Assembly (NCBI GenBank): GCA_964550505.1
Contig: CAZJZP010000002.1
Location: 1 to 32,077, forward strand
DNA from: an uncultured Prolixibacteraceae bacterium
GTDB lineage: Bacteria; Bacteroidota; Bacteroidia; Bacteroidales; CAZJZP01
DNA: 32,077 bases
Reading direction: 5' to 3'
Under the pieces are notes generated by a model. That model searched no databases and was not told the origin of the DNA. It worked only from the letters and a program-made list of their open reading frames with translations. The position numbers and the translations under genes are program-made. Positions 16,707-25,312 of this stretch are shown piece after piece (position 1 is the stretch's first letter; every line of letters starts with the position of its first letter).

Positions 16707-17540
16707 ATGTATGATTTTCATAAAGACAAACAGCGATATTTTAAAATGCAGTATTATGCATCCAGAGATTCAATTGTTCCTTTAGTAGAGAAGTATAAAA
16801 AACTAGGAGAAAATACTAGGGTTATGGAGATTGGTTGTGCTGAAGGCGGTGTGTTAAAAGCCTTTCTGGAAAAATCTTCTTATTGTTTGGGAGTGGAATT
16901 AATGGAAGGAAGATTGTTAAGAGCAAAAGAGTTTTTACATGATTATGTGCAAAAAAAGCAAATAGATTTTGTAGCAGAAGATATTTATGATTTTAGTCCT
17001 GAAAAAGAAGAAGGCTTTGATGTAATTATTCTGAAAGACGTTATTGAGCATATCCCCAATCAAGAAAAATTGTTAAACCGCCTGAATGTATTTTTAAAAA
17101 AAGACGGACTAATCTTTATTGGGTTTCCTTCTTGGTATATGCCTTTTGGGGGACACCAACAGATGTGTAAAAACAAATTTCTTTCCAAAACACCCTATCT
17201 TCACTTATTCCCACGCTTTTTATACAAAGCAATTTTAAAAGCGTTTAACGATAGGAAACAGTTACAGAATCTCTTAGATATTTATGATACAGGTATTTCT
17301 ACCAAGCGTTTTGAAAGAATTCTTAAACGAACGAATTACACTTATTTAGAAAAAACATCTTATTTTATTCCTCCAATTTATTATTATAAGTTTAAGAAAA
17401 AACAAAGGGTTTTACATCCGATTGTTCGTTCAATTCCCCTTTTTAGAGAGTTTTTTACCATGTCGGCATATTACATTGTTAGTAGAAATAAAAATCTAAA
17501 ACAACTTTCAGATGAAAAAGAAGAACAAAACTGTTTTTAA
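16707..17540 (+). CDS. Class I SAM-dependent methyltransferase (no signal peptide)
   Basis: Motif I is VMEIGCAEGGVL, the acidic post-I residue is in CLGVELME, and motif II/III is FDVIILKDVIEHI. Confidence 0.8.
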   Translation: MYDFHKDKQRYFKMQYYASRDSIVPLVEKYKKLGENTRVMEIGCAEGGVLKAFLEKSSYCLGVELMEGRLLRAKEFLHDYVQKKQIDFVAEDIYDFSPEKEEGFDVIILKDVIEHIPNQEKLLNRLNVFLKKDGLIFIGFPSWYMPFGGHQQMCKNKFLSKTPYLHLFPRFLYKAILKAFNDRKQLQNLLDIYDTGISTKRFERILKRTNYTYLEKTSYFIPPIYYYKFKKKQRVLHPIVRSIPLFREFFTMSAYYIVSRNKNLKQLSDEKEEQNCF

Positions 17541-17964
17541 AGGCTTGCTTTTAGCGTTGGCGATGCTAGTTGCTGTCCATGTTAATGCCCAATGTCCTAA
17601 AATGAAGGAAATTAAATTCTTCGGACAAAAATTTGCTAAGCATATCATAGATGGGGAAAAAGAAAAAGCCTTGGATTTTTTTGATCCTGATTATAGAGAA
17701 GAACAGTTGGAAAGAAATTTAAACGGAAATACAACACAATTTCTAGAAGAGTTTTTATCTGCTTTTCACAAAAAGAATGATTTTATCGTTCCCTCCTTAG
17801 AAGGAATCAAAAAGATAAAAATAAAGCGCGTAATATTACAAAATACTAGCAAAGCAAGCCTTGTTTGTAAAATATGGATGAACAATAAAATAAGCTATAA
17901 AACAGAACTTAGCGTTATTTGTAAAAACAATAAGGAATTGTATTTTATTGGACCAATGGGATAA
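17512..17964 (+). CDS. Small secreted hypothetical protein
   Basis: 150 aa with the signal peptide MKKKNKTVFKGLLLALAMLVAVHVNAQ. It overlaps the methyltransferase gene by 29 nt. I recognise no family. Confidence 0.6.
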   Translation: MKKKNKTVFKGLLLALAMLVAVHVNAQCPKMKEIKFFGQKFAKHIIDGEKEKALDFFDPDYREEQLERNLNGNTTQFLEEFLSAFHKKNDFIVPSLEGIKKIKIKRVILQNTSKASLVCKIWMNNKISYKTELSVICKNNKELYFIGPMG

Positions 17965-18009
17965 CTAAGTTTAATTGATAGAATGAACTTTTATCAGCAG
18001 CTTATTGTA

Positions 18010-18017
18010 TATATTTG
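18010..18017 (+). promoter_or_regulatory. Candidate -7 box TATATTTG for the serpin gene
   Basis: TAnnTTTG lies 28 nt upstream of the ATG at 18045. Confidence 0.4.
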
Positions 18018-18044
18018 TATAATTAATCTTAAAACAGAACTCTT

Positions 18045-19316
18045 ATGAACAAATTACATCTAATTTCTATTCTTAGCATATTGGTGATTCTAAGTTCTTG
18101 CAAAACAAGAAAAAACGACACAGCTGATCAAGTAGTTATACCATCCGCAGAAGTAAAAACACCAGAGAAAGCAATCCAAAATTATAGTATTGTTGATGGC
18201 ATGAATCTTTTTGCTTTTGAAATGTATAAGGAAATAGCAGAAGCAAAAAATCAAGTTTTCTCGCCCTTTAGTATTTCCACAGCACTAGCAATGACTTATG
18301 CGGGAGCTGAAGGAAACACCAAAAAAGAATTTATTGAAGTAATGCATTTCCAAGAAGATCAGCAAGCTTTTAATGCTGCTTTTCATCAAATAATAAGCGA
18401 TATTGAATCTGCCCAAAACAAAGATTTGCAACTATCTATTGCCAATGCGCTATGGCCTCAGTCTGGTTATTCTTTTTTAGAAGAGTATTTGCAGCAAATG
18501 AAAAGTTTTTATGGCGTAGATATTCAGTCGCTTGACTATAAGACAGATCCAGAAAAAGCACGCCTGATAATTAATAAATGGGTGGAAGAAAAAACACAAG
18601 ATAAAATTAAGAATCTTCTCAAAGAAGGAGTCTTAAGTCCTTTAACTCGTATGGTGTTGACAAATGCTATTTATTTTAAAGGAAATTGGAAATATGAGTT
18701 TAATAAAGATGATACAAATAAAGATGGAGTATTTTATCTTAACAAAACGGAAGAAGTAAAAGCAGAAATGATGAATATTACCAAGCCTGCAATTAAACAC
18801 ATGCAAAACGAAGATTTTTCTATGCTGGAATTACCATACAGCAATGATAGTTTGTCTATGGTATTTATTTTACCTAATGAAAAAGACGGTATAAAAAAAT
18901 TGGAAGACAAACTAAGCTATGATATGTACAAACAAGCATACAATCAAATGCAAAAGCGCAAAGTGGTAATTAGCATTCCCAAGTTTACTATGGAATTTGA
19001 AATAGATTTAGAAAAGAAATTTGAAAAAATGGGAATGACTGATGCTTTTTCCGGAAAAGCTGATTTTTCAGGAATGACAGGAAAGAAGGATTTACAAATA
19101 GATAAAGTTATTCATAAAGCATTTATAGAGGTAAATGAAAGCGGAACAGAGGCTGCTGCTGCAACAGCGGTTGTAATGATAGAAAAATCTTCTGCGGTTC
19201 CTAATAAGCCTTCATTGTATTATTTTATAGCAGACCATCCTTTTCTGTACTTGATAAAGGATAATCAAAATGGGGCTATTTTGTTTATGGGAAAACTTAT
19301 GCTGCCAAAATCGTAA
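18045..19316 (+). CDS. Serpin family protease inhibitor, predicted lipoprotein (miropin-like)
   Basis: A lipobox-like signal (ILSSC) is present. Serpin motifs seen: NAIYFKGNWKYEF, the hinge plus RCL EVNESGTEAAAATAVVMIEKSS, and the C-terminal FIADHPFLYLIKDNQNGAILFMGKLMLP. Confidence 0.93.
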   Translation: MNKLHLISILSILVILSSCKTRKNDTADQVVIPSAEVKTPEKAIQNYSIVDGMNLFAFEMYKEIAEAKNQVFSPFSISTALAMTYAGAEGNTKKEFIEVMHFQEDQQAFNAAFHQIISDIESAQNKDLQLSIANALWPQSGYSFLEEYLQQMKSFYGVDIQSLDYKTDPEKARLIINKWVEEKTQDKIKNLLKEGVLSPLTRMVLTNAIYFKGNWKYEFNKDDTNKDGVFYLNKTEEVKAEMMNITKPAIKHMQNEDFSMLELPYSNDSLSMVFILPNEKDGIKKLEDKLSYDMYKQAYNQMQKRKVVISIPKFTMEFEIDLEKKFEKMGMTDAFSGKADFSGMTGKKDLQIDKVIHKAFIEVNESGTEAAAATAVVMIEKSSAVPNKPSLYYFIADHPFLYLIKDNQNGAILFMGKLMLPKS

Positions 19317-19484
19317 TTGTCTGGAAAAACAAATATTTCTTTAACCAAATTAAGAATTGATTATTATATTTGTTGATAAGAAGATAACAGAATAATTAAT
19401 AAAAAAACGAGAATATTTCTTTTTTCAAGTAAAAGAAATGAAAAACTTTTGTTTTCTTTGTTTTAATAAACAGAAAGTAAAAAA

Positions 19485-20312
19485 ATGAAGCATTGTATTT
19501 TATTAGTTTTGTTTTTTCTTAGCTTTTCTAGCATAACGGCACAACAAAAAATCCCTTATGCAAGGTATTGTAAAGTGAACAACGAGCTTGTTTATCTGGA
19601 ATATTATAATAATCAGGGAAATATTATTCAAAAATCTCATTATAAACCCCAAATTGATGATTATTATAGTTATGATTTAGATGGAACGTTTACAGGGAGC
19701 ATCCATGTAATGAATAGTTTCCAAGACACTGTATATTACATGCATCGCTATTATCGAGACGGAGCTAACGAGGAGGTTTGGTACAAACATAAAAAAGAAA
19801 AATATTTGATAAGTCAAATTCAACATTATCAGGACTCAATATATAAATACCAATATGCTAAAAATAAAACCCGCCTCTATTTGGAAAAAAAATACTTCAC
19901 CCCAGAGAAAAAAGTCAAGCGAATAAATAAAATATACTATCCTGAGTTAAAAAAAGAGAAAAAAATTTATTGCTATAACGATGACAATACAATGAGTGCT
20001 GCCTTTGTTATTTTAGATTCGGATACCATAAGTAAAACATTTTACACTTATAATAAGCGTGAAACAATCATAGAAAAGTATCAAGATTCTTTTTTAATAT
20101 GGAAAAACAGGAAAATATTCAACAGAAAAAATCAGCTTAAAAAAGAATATTTTTATGACAAACAAGGACTTATTACCCGTATTATAAAATATAGTTATAA
20201 TAAATATGGTTATATAGAAAAAGAAGTGGATTTGAACCTGTTATATAATGAAGATTTTGGGGAAGAAAAGAAACAAATAACTGAATACATTTATTATTAT
20301 ATTGAAAAATAA
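19485..20312 (+). CDS. Secreted Tyr/Lys-rich hypothetical protein with YD-repeat-like modules
   Basis: A signal peptide ends SITAQ. Recurrent modules are EYYNNQGNIIQKSHY, YSYDLDGTF, FYTYNKRETIIEKY and EYFYDKQGLITRIIKYSYNKYGYIEKE. Its stop overlaps the next gene's start (TAATG). Confidence 0.55.
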   Translation: MKHCILLVLFFLSFSSITAQQKIPYARYCKVNNELVYLEYYNNQGNIIQKSHYKPQIDDYYSYDLDGTFTGSIHVMNSFQDTVYYMHRYYRDGANEEVWYKHKKEKYLISQIQHYQDSIYKYQYAKNKTRLYLEKKYFTPEKKVKRINKIYYPELKKEKKIYCYNDDNTMSAAFVILDSDTISKTFYTYNKRETIIEKYQDSFLIWKNRKIFNRKNQLKKEYFYDKQGLITRIIKYSYNKYGYIEKEVDLNLLYNEDFGEEKKQITEYIYYYIEK

Positions 20313-20968
20313 TGCAAAACCCTTTCATAATTAATAACACAGAAGATTTCGTTAAAAAAACGCTAGCAAATGATTCAGGAGGACATGATTGGTGGCATAT
20401 TTTTCGGGTAAGAAAAATGGCAAAATATCTTTGTGGAGAAGAGGGAGGCAATTTATTTTTGATAGAATTAGCAGCTTTACTTCATGATGTTGCGGATTGG
20501 AAATTCCACCATGGAGATGAAGAAAAAGGCGTACAGAAAGTCCGTAGTTTTCTGGAAAAACAAGAATTAGATAGCGTTAATATAGAAAAAATAGCTCAAA
20601 TTATAAGAGAAGTAAGTTTTAAAGGTGCAGGACATGCTGTTTCAACAAGCTCTTTAGAAGCAAAGATTGTTCAGGATGCAGACAGATTGGATGCACTTGG
20701 AGCTATTGGAATCGCTCGTTGTTTTGCATACGGAGGATCTCAATCCCGAGAAATATACAATCCTGATATTAAGCCACATTTGCATAAGGATTTTAAAGAA
20801 TATAAAAAAAGCATAGGCACAACTATTAATCATTTTTACGAAAAACTCTTGTTATTAAAAGATAGAATGAACACCCCGACAGCCAAAAAAATAGCAGAAC
20901 AACGTCATCAACTAATGGAAAATTATCTGAAGGATTTTTACAAAGAATGGAATTTATATGAAAATTAA
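20312..20968 (+). CDS. HD domain-containing phosphohydrolase (YedJ-like)
   Basis: Motifs seen: H...HD (GHDWWHIFRV, ALLHDVADWK) and DADRLDALGAIG. Confidence 0.85.
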   Translation: MQNPFIINNTEDFVKKTLANDSGGHDWWHIFRVRKMAKYLCGEEGGNLFLIELAALLHDVADWKFHHGDEEKGVQKVRSFLEKQELDSVNIEKIAQIIREVSFKGAGHAVSTSSLEAKIVQDADRLDALGAIGIARCFAYGGSQSREIYNPDIKPHLHKDFKEYKKSIGTTINHFYEKLLLLKDRMNTPTAKKIAEQRHQLMENYLKDFYKEWNLYEN

Positions 20969-21998
20969 AGGAAAAGATTACCAAACAATATGGATGGAAG
21001 GCAAGATCGTTAAGATGATTGACCAAAATGCACTTCCGTATGCATTAAAAATACACCAATGCAATAATTATAAGGAAACTGCTGCTGCAATTAAAAACAT
21101 GACAATTCGAGGAGCGGGAGCAATAGGAGCTGCAGCAGCTTATGCAATGGCGCAAATAGCTATGGAAGCCAATACAGCAAATTATATCCAGGAGTTGGAA
21201 GCAGGGAAAAAATTGATTGAATCAAGCCGACCAACAGCGCAAAATCTTTTTTATGCGACAACAAAAGTTTTTAATGCAGCAAAAAATAGTGTCGAAGAAG
21301 CTGTAGAAACGGCAAAAAATATAGCATTGGAAGATATTGAAAGAAATAAACGCATCGGACAACTCGGTAATGAATTATTGTCAAAGAAAGTGAAAGTACT
21401 CACACATTGTAATGCTGGCTGGCTGGCTTTTGTTGATTATGGAACAGCGCTTTCTCCTGTTTACACTGCGTTTGAAGAAGGGAAAGATGTTTTTGTTTGG
21501 GTGGACGAAACTCGTCCGCGTAACCAAGGTGCAAGATTAACCGCTTGGGAACTACAGCAGGCAGATATTCCATACAATATTATTGCAGATAATGCTGCGG
21601 CTTATCTGATGGCTAAAAACCAAGTGGATATTGTCATTGTTGGTGCTGACAGAATTGCTATTAATGGTGATATTGCTAATAAAATAGGGACACTCGAAAA
21701 GGCTATTGCTGCAAAATATTTCGACATTCCTTTTTATGTTGCTGCCCCAACGTCCACTATTGATCATAACTCTCCCTCTGGAAAGGCAATTCCAATAGAA
21801 ATCCGAGATGAAAAAGAGCAATTGTTTGTTAGCGGTATTAATGAAAAAGGGAAAGAAGAACGCATTCTTATTGCTTCTCCTGAATCAAAAGCTTTTAATC
21901 CTGCTTTTGACATAACCCCTGCTGAATTGATAAGTGGAATCATTACCGAAAAAGGTATTGTAAAAGCAGATTTATCGCATATTCAAAAACTGTTCTAG
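20958..21998 (+). CDS. mtnA: S-methyl-5-thioribose-1-phosphate isomerase (eIF-2B alpha/beta/delta-like family)
   Basis: Motifs seen: IRGAGAIGAAAAYA, LTHCNAGWLA, ETRPRNQGARLTAWEL, VGADRIAINGDIANKIGT, FNPAFDITPAELISGIITEKG. Confidence 0.9.
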   Translation: MKIKGKDYQTIWMEGKIVKMIDQNALPYALKIHQCNNYKETAAAIKNMTIRGAGAIGAAAAYAMAQIAMEANTANYIQELEAGKKLIESSRPTAQNLFYATTKVFNAAKNSVEEAVETAKNIALEDIERNKRIGQLGNELLSKKVKVLTHCNAGWLAFVDYGTALSPVYTAFEEGKDVFVWVDETRPRNQGARLTAWELQQADIPYNIIADNAAAYLMAKNQVDIVIVGADRIAINGDIANKIGTLEKAIAAKYFDIPFYVAAPTSTIDHNSPSGKAIPIEIRDEKEQLFVSGINEKGKEERILIASPESKAFNPAFDITPAELISGIITEKGIVKADLSHIQKLF

Positions 21999-22588
21999 TG
22001 AGTGAAGTATATACAGGCATAAAGTTTAAAGTGGAATATTTGGCAAAAAAATCACCGGAAGATGCTATCTTGAAAGATTTAAAGTATTGGGCAGCTAAAT
22101 TTCACGCTTTATCGCTTACTCCTCTTTATCAGGGAGGTAGTTCTGGAAATCTTAGTGTGCGAACAGCATATCAATCCTTTCTTATCACGGCTTCTCATAC
22201 CAATCTAGGAGACAAATTGGAAAACAAAGACTTTGTGTTGGTCGAAAAAATTGATAAAGAGAAAAACCTGGCTTATGTTCGTGGAATAAGACAACCCTCT
22301 TCAGAAACCATGCTACATGCCGTAATATATGAAAGCAGACCAGAAATTAACGCAATTTTTCACGGGCATTCAGCAGAAATATTACGCGCTGCTGAAGAAC
22401 AGAAATGGATACAAACAAAACAAGAATATCCTTACGGAAGCAAAGCTTTGTTAGCATCCGTGCTGGATGTTTTAGCCACAAACAACTTTATCATTCTTAA
22501 AAATCATGGTTTTCTCTCTCTGGGAAGAAATCCCAAAGAAGCCGGAGAGCTAAGCCTGAAATATTTAGAAAAAGCTAAAAATGAATAA
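21998..22588 (+). CDS. Class II aldolase/adducin family protein (MtnB-type dehydratase or Ald2-type aldolase)
   Basis: A GTG start overlaps the mtnA stop (TAGTG). Motifs seen: GNLSVR, PSSETMLH (catalytic Glu), the FHGHS metal-binding His pair and the NHGFLSLG third His. Confidence 0.8.
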   Translation: MSEVYTGIKFKVEYLAKKSPEDAILKDLKYWAAKFHALSLTPLYQGGSSGNLSVRTAYQSFLITASHTNLGDKLENKDFVLVEKIDKEKNLAYVRGIRQPSSETMLHAVIYESRPEINAIFHGHSAEILRAAEEQKWIQTKQEYPYGSKALLASVLDVLATNNFIILKNHGFLSLGRNPKEAGELSLKYLEKAKNE

Positions 22589-22674
22589 CTTATTAAGCGA
22601 ATTTGCAAAAGAACACTAAAGCCCTTCTTTTTTCAATGTTGAAAAGATGATTCATTCCATTTTCCTAAAAAAGC

Positions 22675-23535
22675 TTAGTTAGCAGCATACATAATATTAA
22701 AGAAGATTTCTTTATTCTCTTCCAATTTACTTCCTTTTTGTGTAATATTCATTCCCCCAACAGCATTAGAAGTTGCTTTTCTGTTTCCACTTCGGGAACT
22801 GGGATAAACAGTATTATCATATATTCGCTCATCTTCCATCGCTGTGCTTTCTTGATCTTGAACGGCAATTTCGTTTTTTGTCCTATCGTTTTTATCCTTT
22901 GATGAGAACAAAATATCATCTTGCAGGTCTAAAACAGGGCTTTGAGGAACTGCTCTTTCATCGGTTACTTCTTCTCTTATTTGTATTGTCATATCTATGG
23001 AAGAAAAGTCATTGCCCTCTTTCAGTGTTGTTGGCTCCCTTTCCATAAGGCTCGGCTCATCAGGAGTACTTTCTTCCGGAAGACTTTCTAAATCTTTTGT
23101 TGTTGTTGGAAATTCCCTGCTTTTATTTTTTTCGTTTATTGCTAATTGCTGCTTAGAATCAGCATTAAAATCATGAAAACGAAAAACAATAAAAGCAAAA
23201 ATTAGTATTCCAAAACTAGCCAATCCAATTTGGAAAGAAGGGCGTTTGAAAAGATCTTTTAATTGTTGAATAAAAATGATAAAAGGATTTTTCCGTTGCC
23301 TTGCGATAAAATCGTCTAAAAGTTGTTTTCGCATATAAGACGGGGGTTCAATAACCTCATCGTCGGGTGCATTTTCTTTAATGCTAAGCAGGATTTTACG
23401 CATTTCATCGTATTCTGCTATTCCGTCAACATGTTTCAACACAAATGCTTTTTCTTTGTCTAGCAGTTCTTCAAAAGACTTTTCCAGCATAAGTTGTTCT
23501 ATGTCTTCCGGTTCGTATGTGTTAAATTTGCTCAT
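22675..23535 (-). CDS. Putative anti-sigma factor (single-pass membrane protein)
   Basis: It overlaps the ECF sigma gene by 14 nt. It has a cytoplasmic N-terminal helix region, one TM segment (FQIGLASFGILIFAFIVF) and a low-complexity acidic/polar extracytoplasmic tail. No zf-HC2 motif is visible. Confidence 0.55.
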   Translation of the reverse strand: MSKFNTYEPEDIEQLMLEKSFEELLDKEKAFVLKHVDGIAEYDEMRKILLSIKENAPDDEVIEPPSYMRKQLLDDFIARQRKNPFIIFIQQLKDLFKRPSFQIGLASFGILIFAFIVFRFHDFNADSKQQLAINEKNKSREFPTTTKDLESLPEESTPDEPSLMEREPTTLKEGNDFSSIDMTIQIREEVTDERAVPQSPVLDLQDDILFSSKDKNDRTKNEIAVQDQESTAMEDERIYDNTVYPSSRSGNRKATSNAVGGMNITQKGSKLEENKEIFFNIMYAAN

Positions 23536-24121
23536 TACTGTATTTTTCTATTGGGTTAAACTTTTGTAAATGCGGACTGATTTTTTTTAATGTATAAAAC
23601 AATCTTGATTTTACGGTTCCTTCACTACATTGCATAATTTCACTAATTTCTTTAATGGATTTTTCTTCCATATAGCGTAAAATAAAACTGCTTTTTTGCA
23701 CTTCTTCCAGCTTATCTAATTCAGCATAAAGCTTTTTTAGAAAAAGCTGCATATCATAAGATTCAACGTCTTTTTCTTTTGTCTCAGCATAGATGTTTTC
23801 GTTAAGTTCTAAAGGTCCACCTTGCCTTATTTCTTGTTTTTTGTATTCGTTTTTACACATATTGTGTGCAACGCTGAAAATCCATGTTTTAAAAGAACGC
23901 TTTGGATCAAAATAGTCCGGTTTTGCTATTATTTTTGCAAATAAGTCATGCAAAAAATCTTCTGCTTTTTCTCTGTCTTTCCACAGCATCTTATAAAAAT
24001 AATTCAATAATCGTGTAGCATAGCGGTCGTATATCTCTGCATAACACTGAGAATTCCCTTTAATGACCTTTAGCATTAAATCTTCATCTGAAAGATGCTG
24101 ATATTTTTCTTTCTTCTGCAA
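23522..24121 (-). CDS. RNA polymerase sigma-70 factor, ECF subfamily
   Basis: Region 2 is AEDFLHDLFAKII...FKTWIFSVAHNMCKNEYKK. Region 4 (helix-turn-helix) is SFILRYMEEKSIKEISEIMQCSEGTVKSRLFYTLKKI. Confidence 0.9.
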   Translation of the reverse strand: MQKKEKYQHLSDEDLMLKVIKGNSQCYAEIYDRYATRLLNYFYKMLWKDREKAEDFLHDLFAKIIAKPDYFDPKRSFKTWIFSVAHNMCKNEYKKQEIRQGGPLELNENIYAETKEKDVESYDMQLFLKKLYAELDKLEEVQKSSFILRYMEEKSIKEISEIMQCSEGTVKSRLFYTLKKISPHLQKFNPIEKYSNEQI

Positions 24122-24122
24122 A

Positions 24123-25268
24123 TTATTTACTCAAATACTGTTCTATCTCTTTTTCTTTATTATATTTTTTACCGATATCATAAATAAGTCCAAGCAATAA
24201 CTTCTTTTTTACCGGATTCTTTTCATAATCATAGGTAATTAAAAGCGGAATTAAATAGTTGCTGTGAATCCTATTATAGTATTGTTTATTAATTAAATAT
24301 TCAATATTAAAACGTTTGTTCCAGTTATCATAAGTTGTTTTATAATTATCAAAATCCCTTAAGCTAAATTTATAAGCAAGACCGCTAACATAGAGATAAG
24401 ATGTAATCTCATTTAGATATGCGGGATTAATACTAAGGGCAAAATAGACCGAATGGGACTTATTATTCAGGCAAAATTTACGATAAAAAGCTGCAGGATT
24501 TTTCTGGAGTAAATTTGCTGTAGGAAAAGATAATGCATGCTCTTTAGCCTTTTGATTGAGATAATCTTGTTTTAGCAGCAAGCTAATATTCAACACCACA
24601 ACGTCTGTTCGTAGATTATTCACATCTTGCCATATCCAAAGAGGATATGTGTCGTCTTCTCCATTTGTAAAGAGAATTGCGTTTTTTTCCAAGGACATTA
24701 AAACGTTGTAATTGTATAATAATATGTCGTTTTGAACCGTCTTGCTGTTGTATAATTTAGCACTAAAGTTTTTTCTATTGGCAAGATCGTTAGTGTATTC
24801 GTAATAAGCCATAAAGTCATCATAAATCTCCGCATTATTTGGATTTATGGCGTAGGCTTTTTGAAGGTGATGGAATTTGTTTTGGTCGAAATTAGAATTT
24901 AGATAAGCGGCATAGTGATATTCAAAAGACTGTGGAATACTGCTTTGCATTTCAACAACGATGGCATCCAGGTTTTCTTGTTCTTGCTGTGGGATATTTC
25001 TGTTGTATGCGTTGTAATACTTTTGCCTTTCCTTTTGGTATTTGTTGAACAATTGAACAGAAACGTCTGCTTTATTAGCTTGTTGTATTTCTTTTGTGAC
25101 AATTGTTTTGGCTCGTTTATTATCACTTTCTGATTCTAGGTCTTCTTCTCCTGTGCTGGTTTTTTGATTTTCCTCCTCGTTTTTTTCTGCTGAATTGCTC
25201 ACATTAGTTTGCGCCATGAGGTTTCCAAGGCTAAACAATACAAATAATATGATAAGGTATTTTTTCAT
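24123..25268 (-). CDS. Secreted hypothetical protein with a DUF2723-like 'NG(D/E)DDT-PLW...R-DV-V-N' segment
   Basis: From the ATG at 25268 the signal peptide is MKKYLIILFVLFSLGNLMAQ (the track's TTG at 25316 is rejected). An acidic low-complexity linker follows, then NAILFTNGEDDTYPLWIWQDVNNLRTDVVVLNISLL (24576-24683). Confidence 0.55.
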   Translation of the reverse strand: MKKYLIILFVLFSLGNLMAQTNVSNSAEKNEEENQKTSTGEEDLESESDNKRAKTIVTKEIQQANKADVSVQLFNKYQKERQKYYNAYNRNIPQQEQENLDAIVVEMQSSIPQSFEYHYAAYLNSNFDQNKFHHLQKAYAINPNNAEIYDDFMAYYEYTNDLANRKNFSAKLYNSKTVQNDILLYNYNVLMSLEKNAILFTNGEDDTYPLWIWQDVNNLRTDVVVLNISLLLKQDYLNQKAKEHALSFPTANLLQKNPAAFYRKFCLNNKSHSVYFALSINPAYLNEITSYLYVSGLAYKFSLRDFDNYKTTYDNWNKRFNIEYLINKQYYNRIHSNYLIPLLITYDYEKNPVKKKLLLGLIYDIGKKYNKEKEIEQYLSK

Positions 25269-25312
25269 CTCTTTTATTTTCAGCAAGCCGTACAAATCTA
25301 AGGAAAATTGGT

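Noticed and set aside
19415-19439. An A/T-only 9-bp hairpin (ATTTCTTTT-N7-AAAAGAAAT) lies after the serpin gene and was considered as an intrinsic terminator.
   Set aside because: The stem has a single G-C pair, no immediate T-tract follows it, and such palindromes arise easily in AT-rich spacers. It is kept only as context for the uORF observation.
22625-22655. A weak palindrome (TTTTTTCAA-TG-TTGAAAAGA) lies between the convergent aldolase and anti-sigma genes and was considered as a bidirectional terminator.
   Set aside because: The loop is too small and the stem is almost all A-T with a wobble pair. It is plausible but not supportable from sequence alone.
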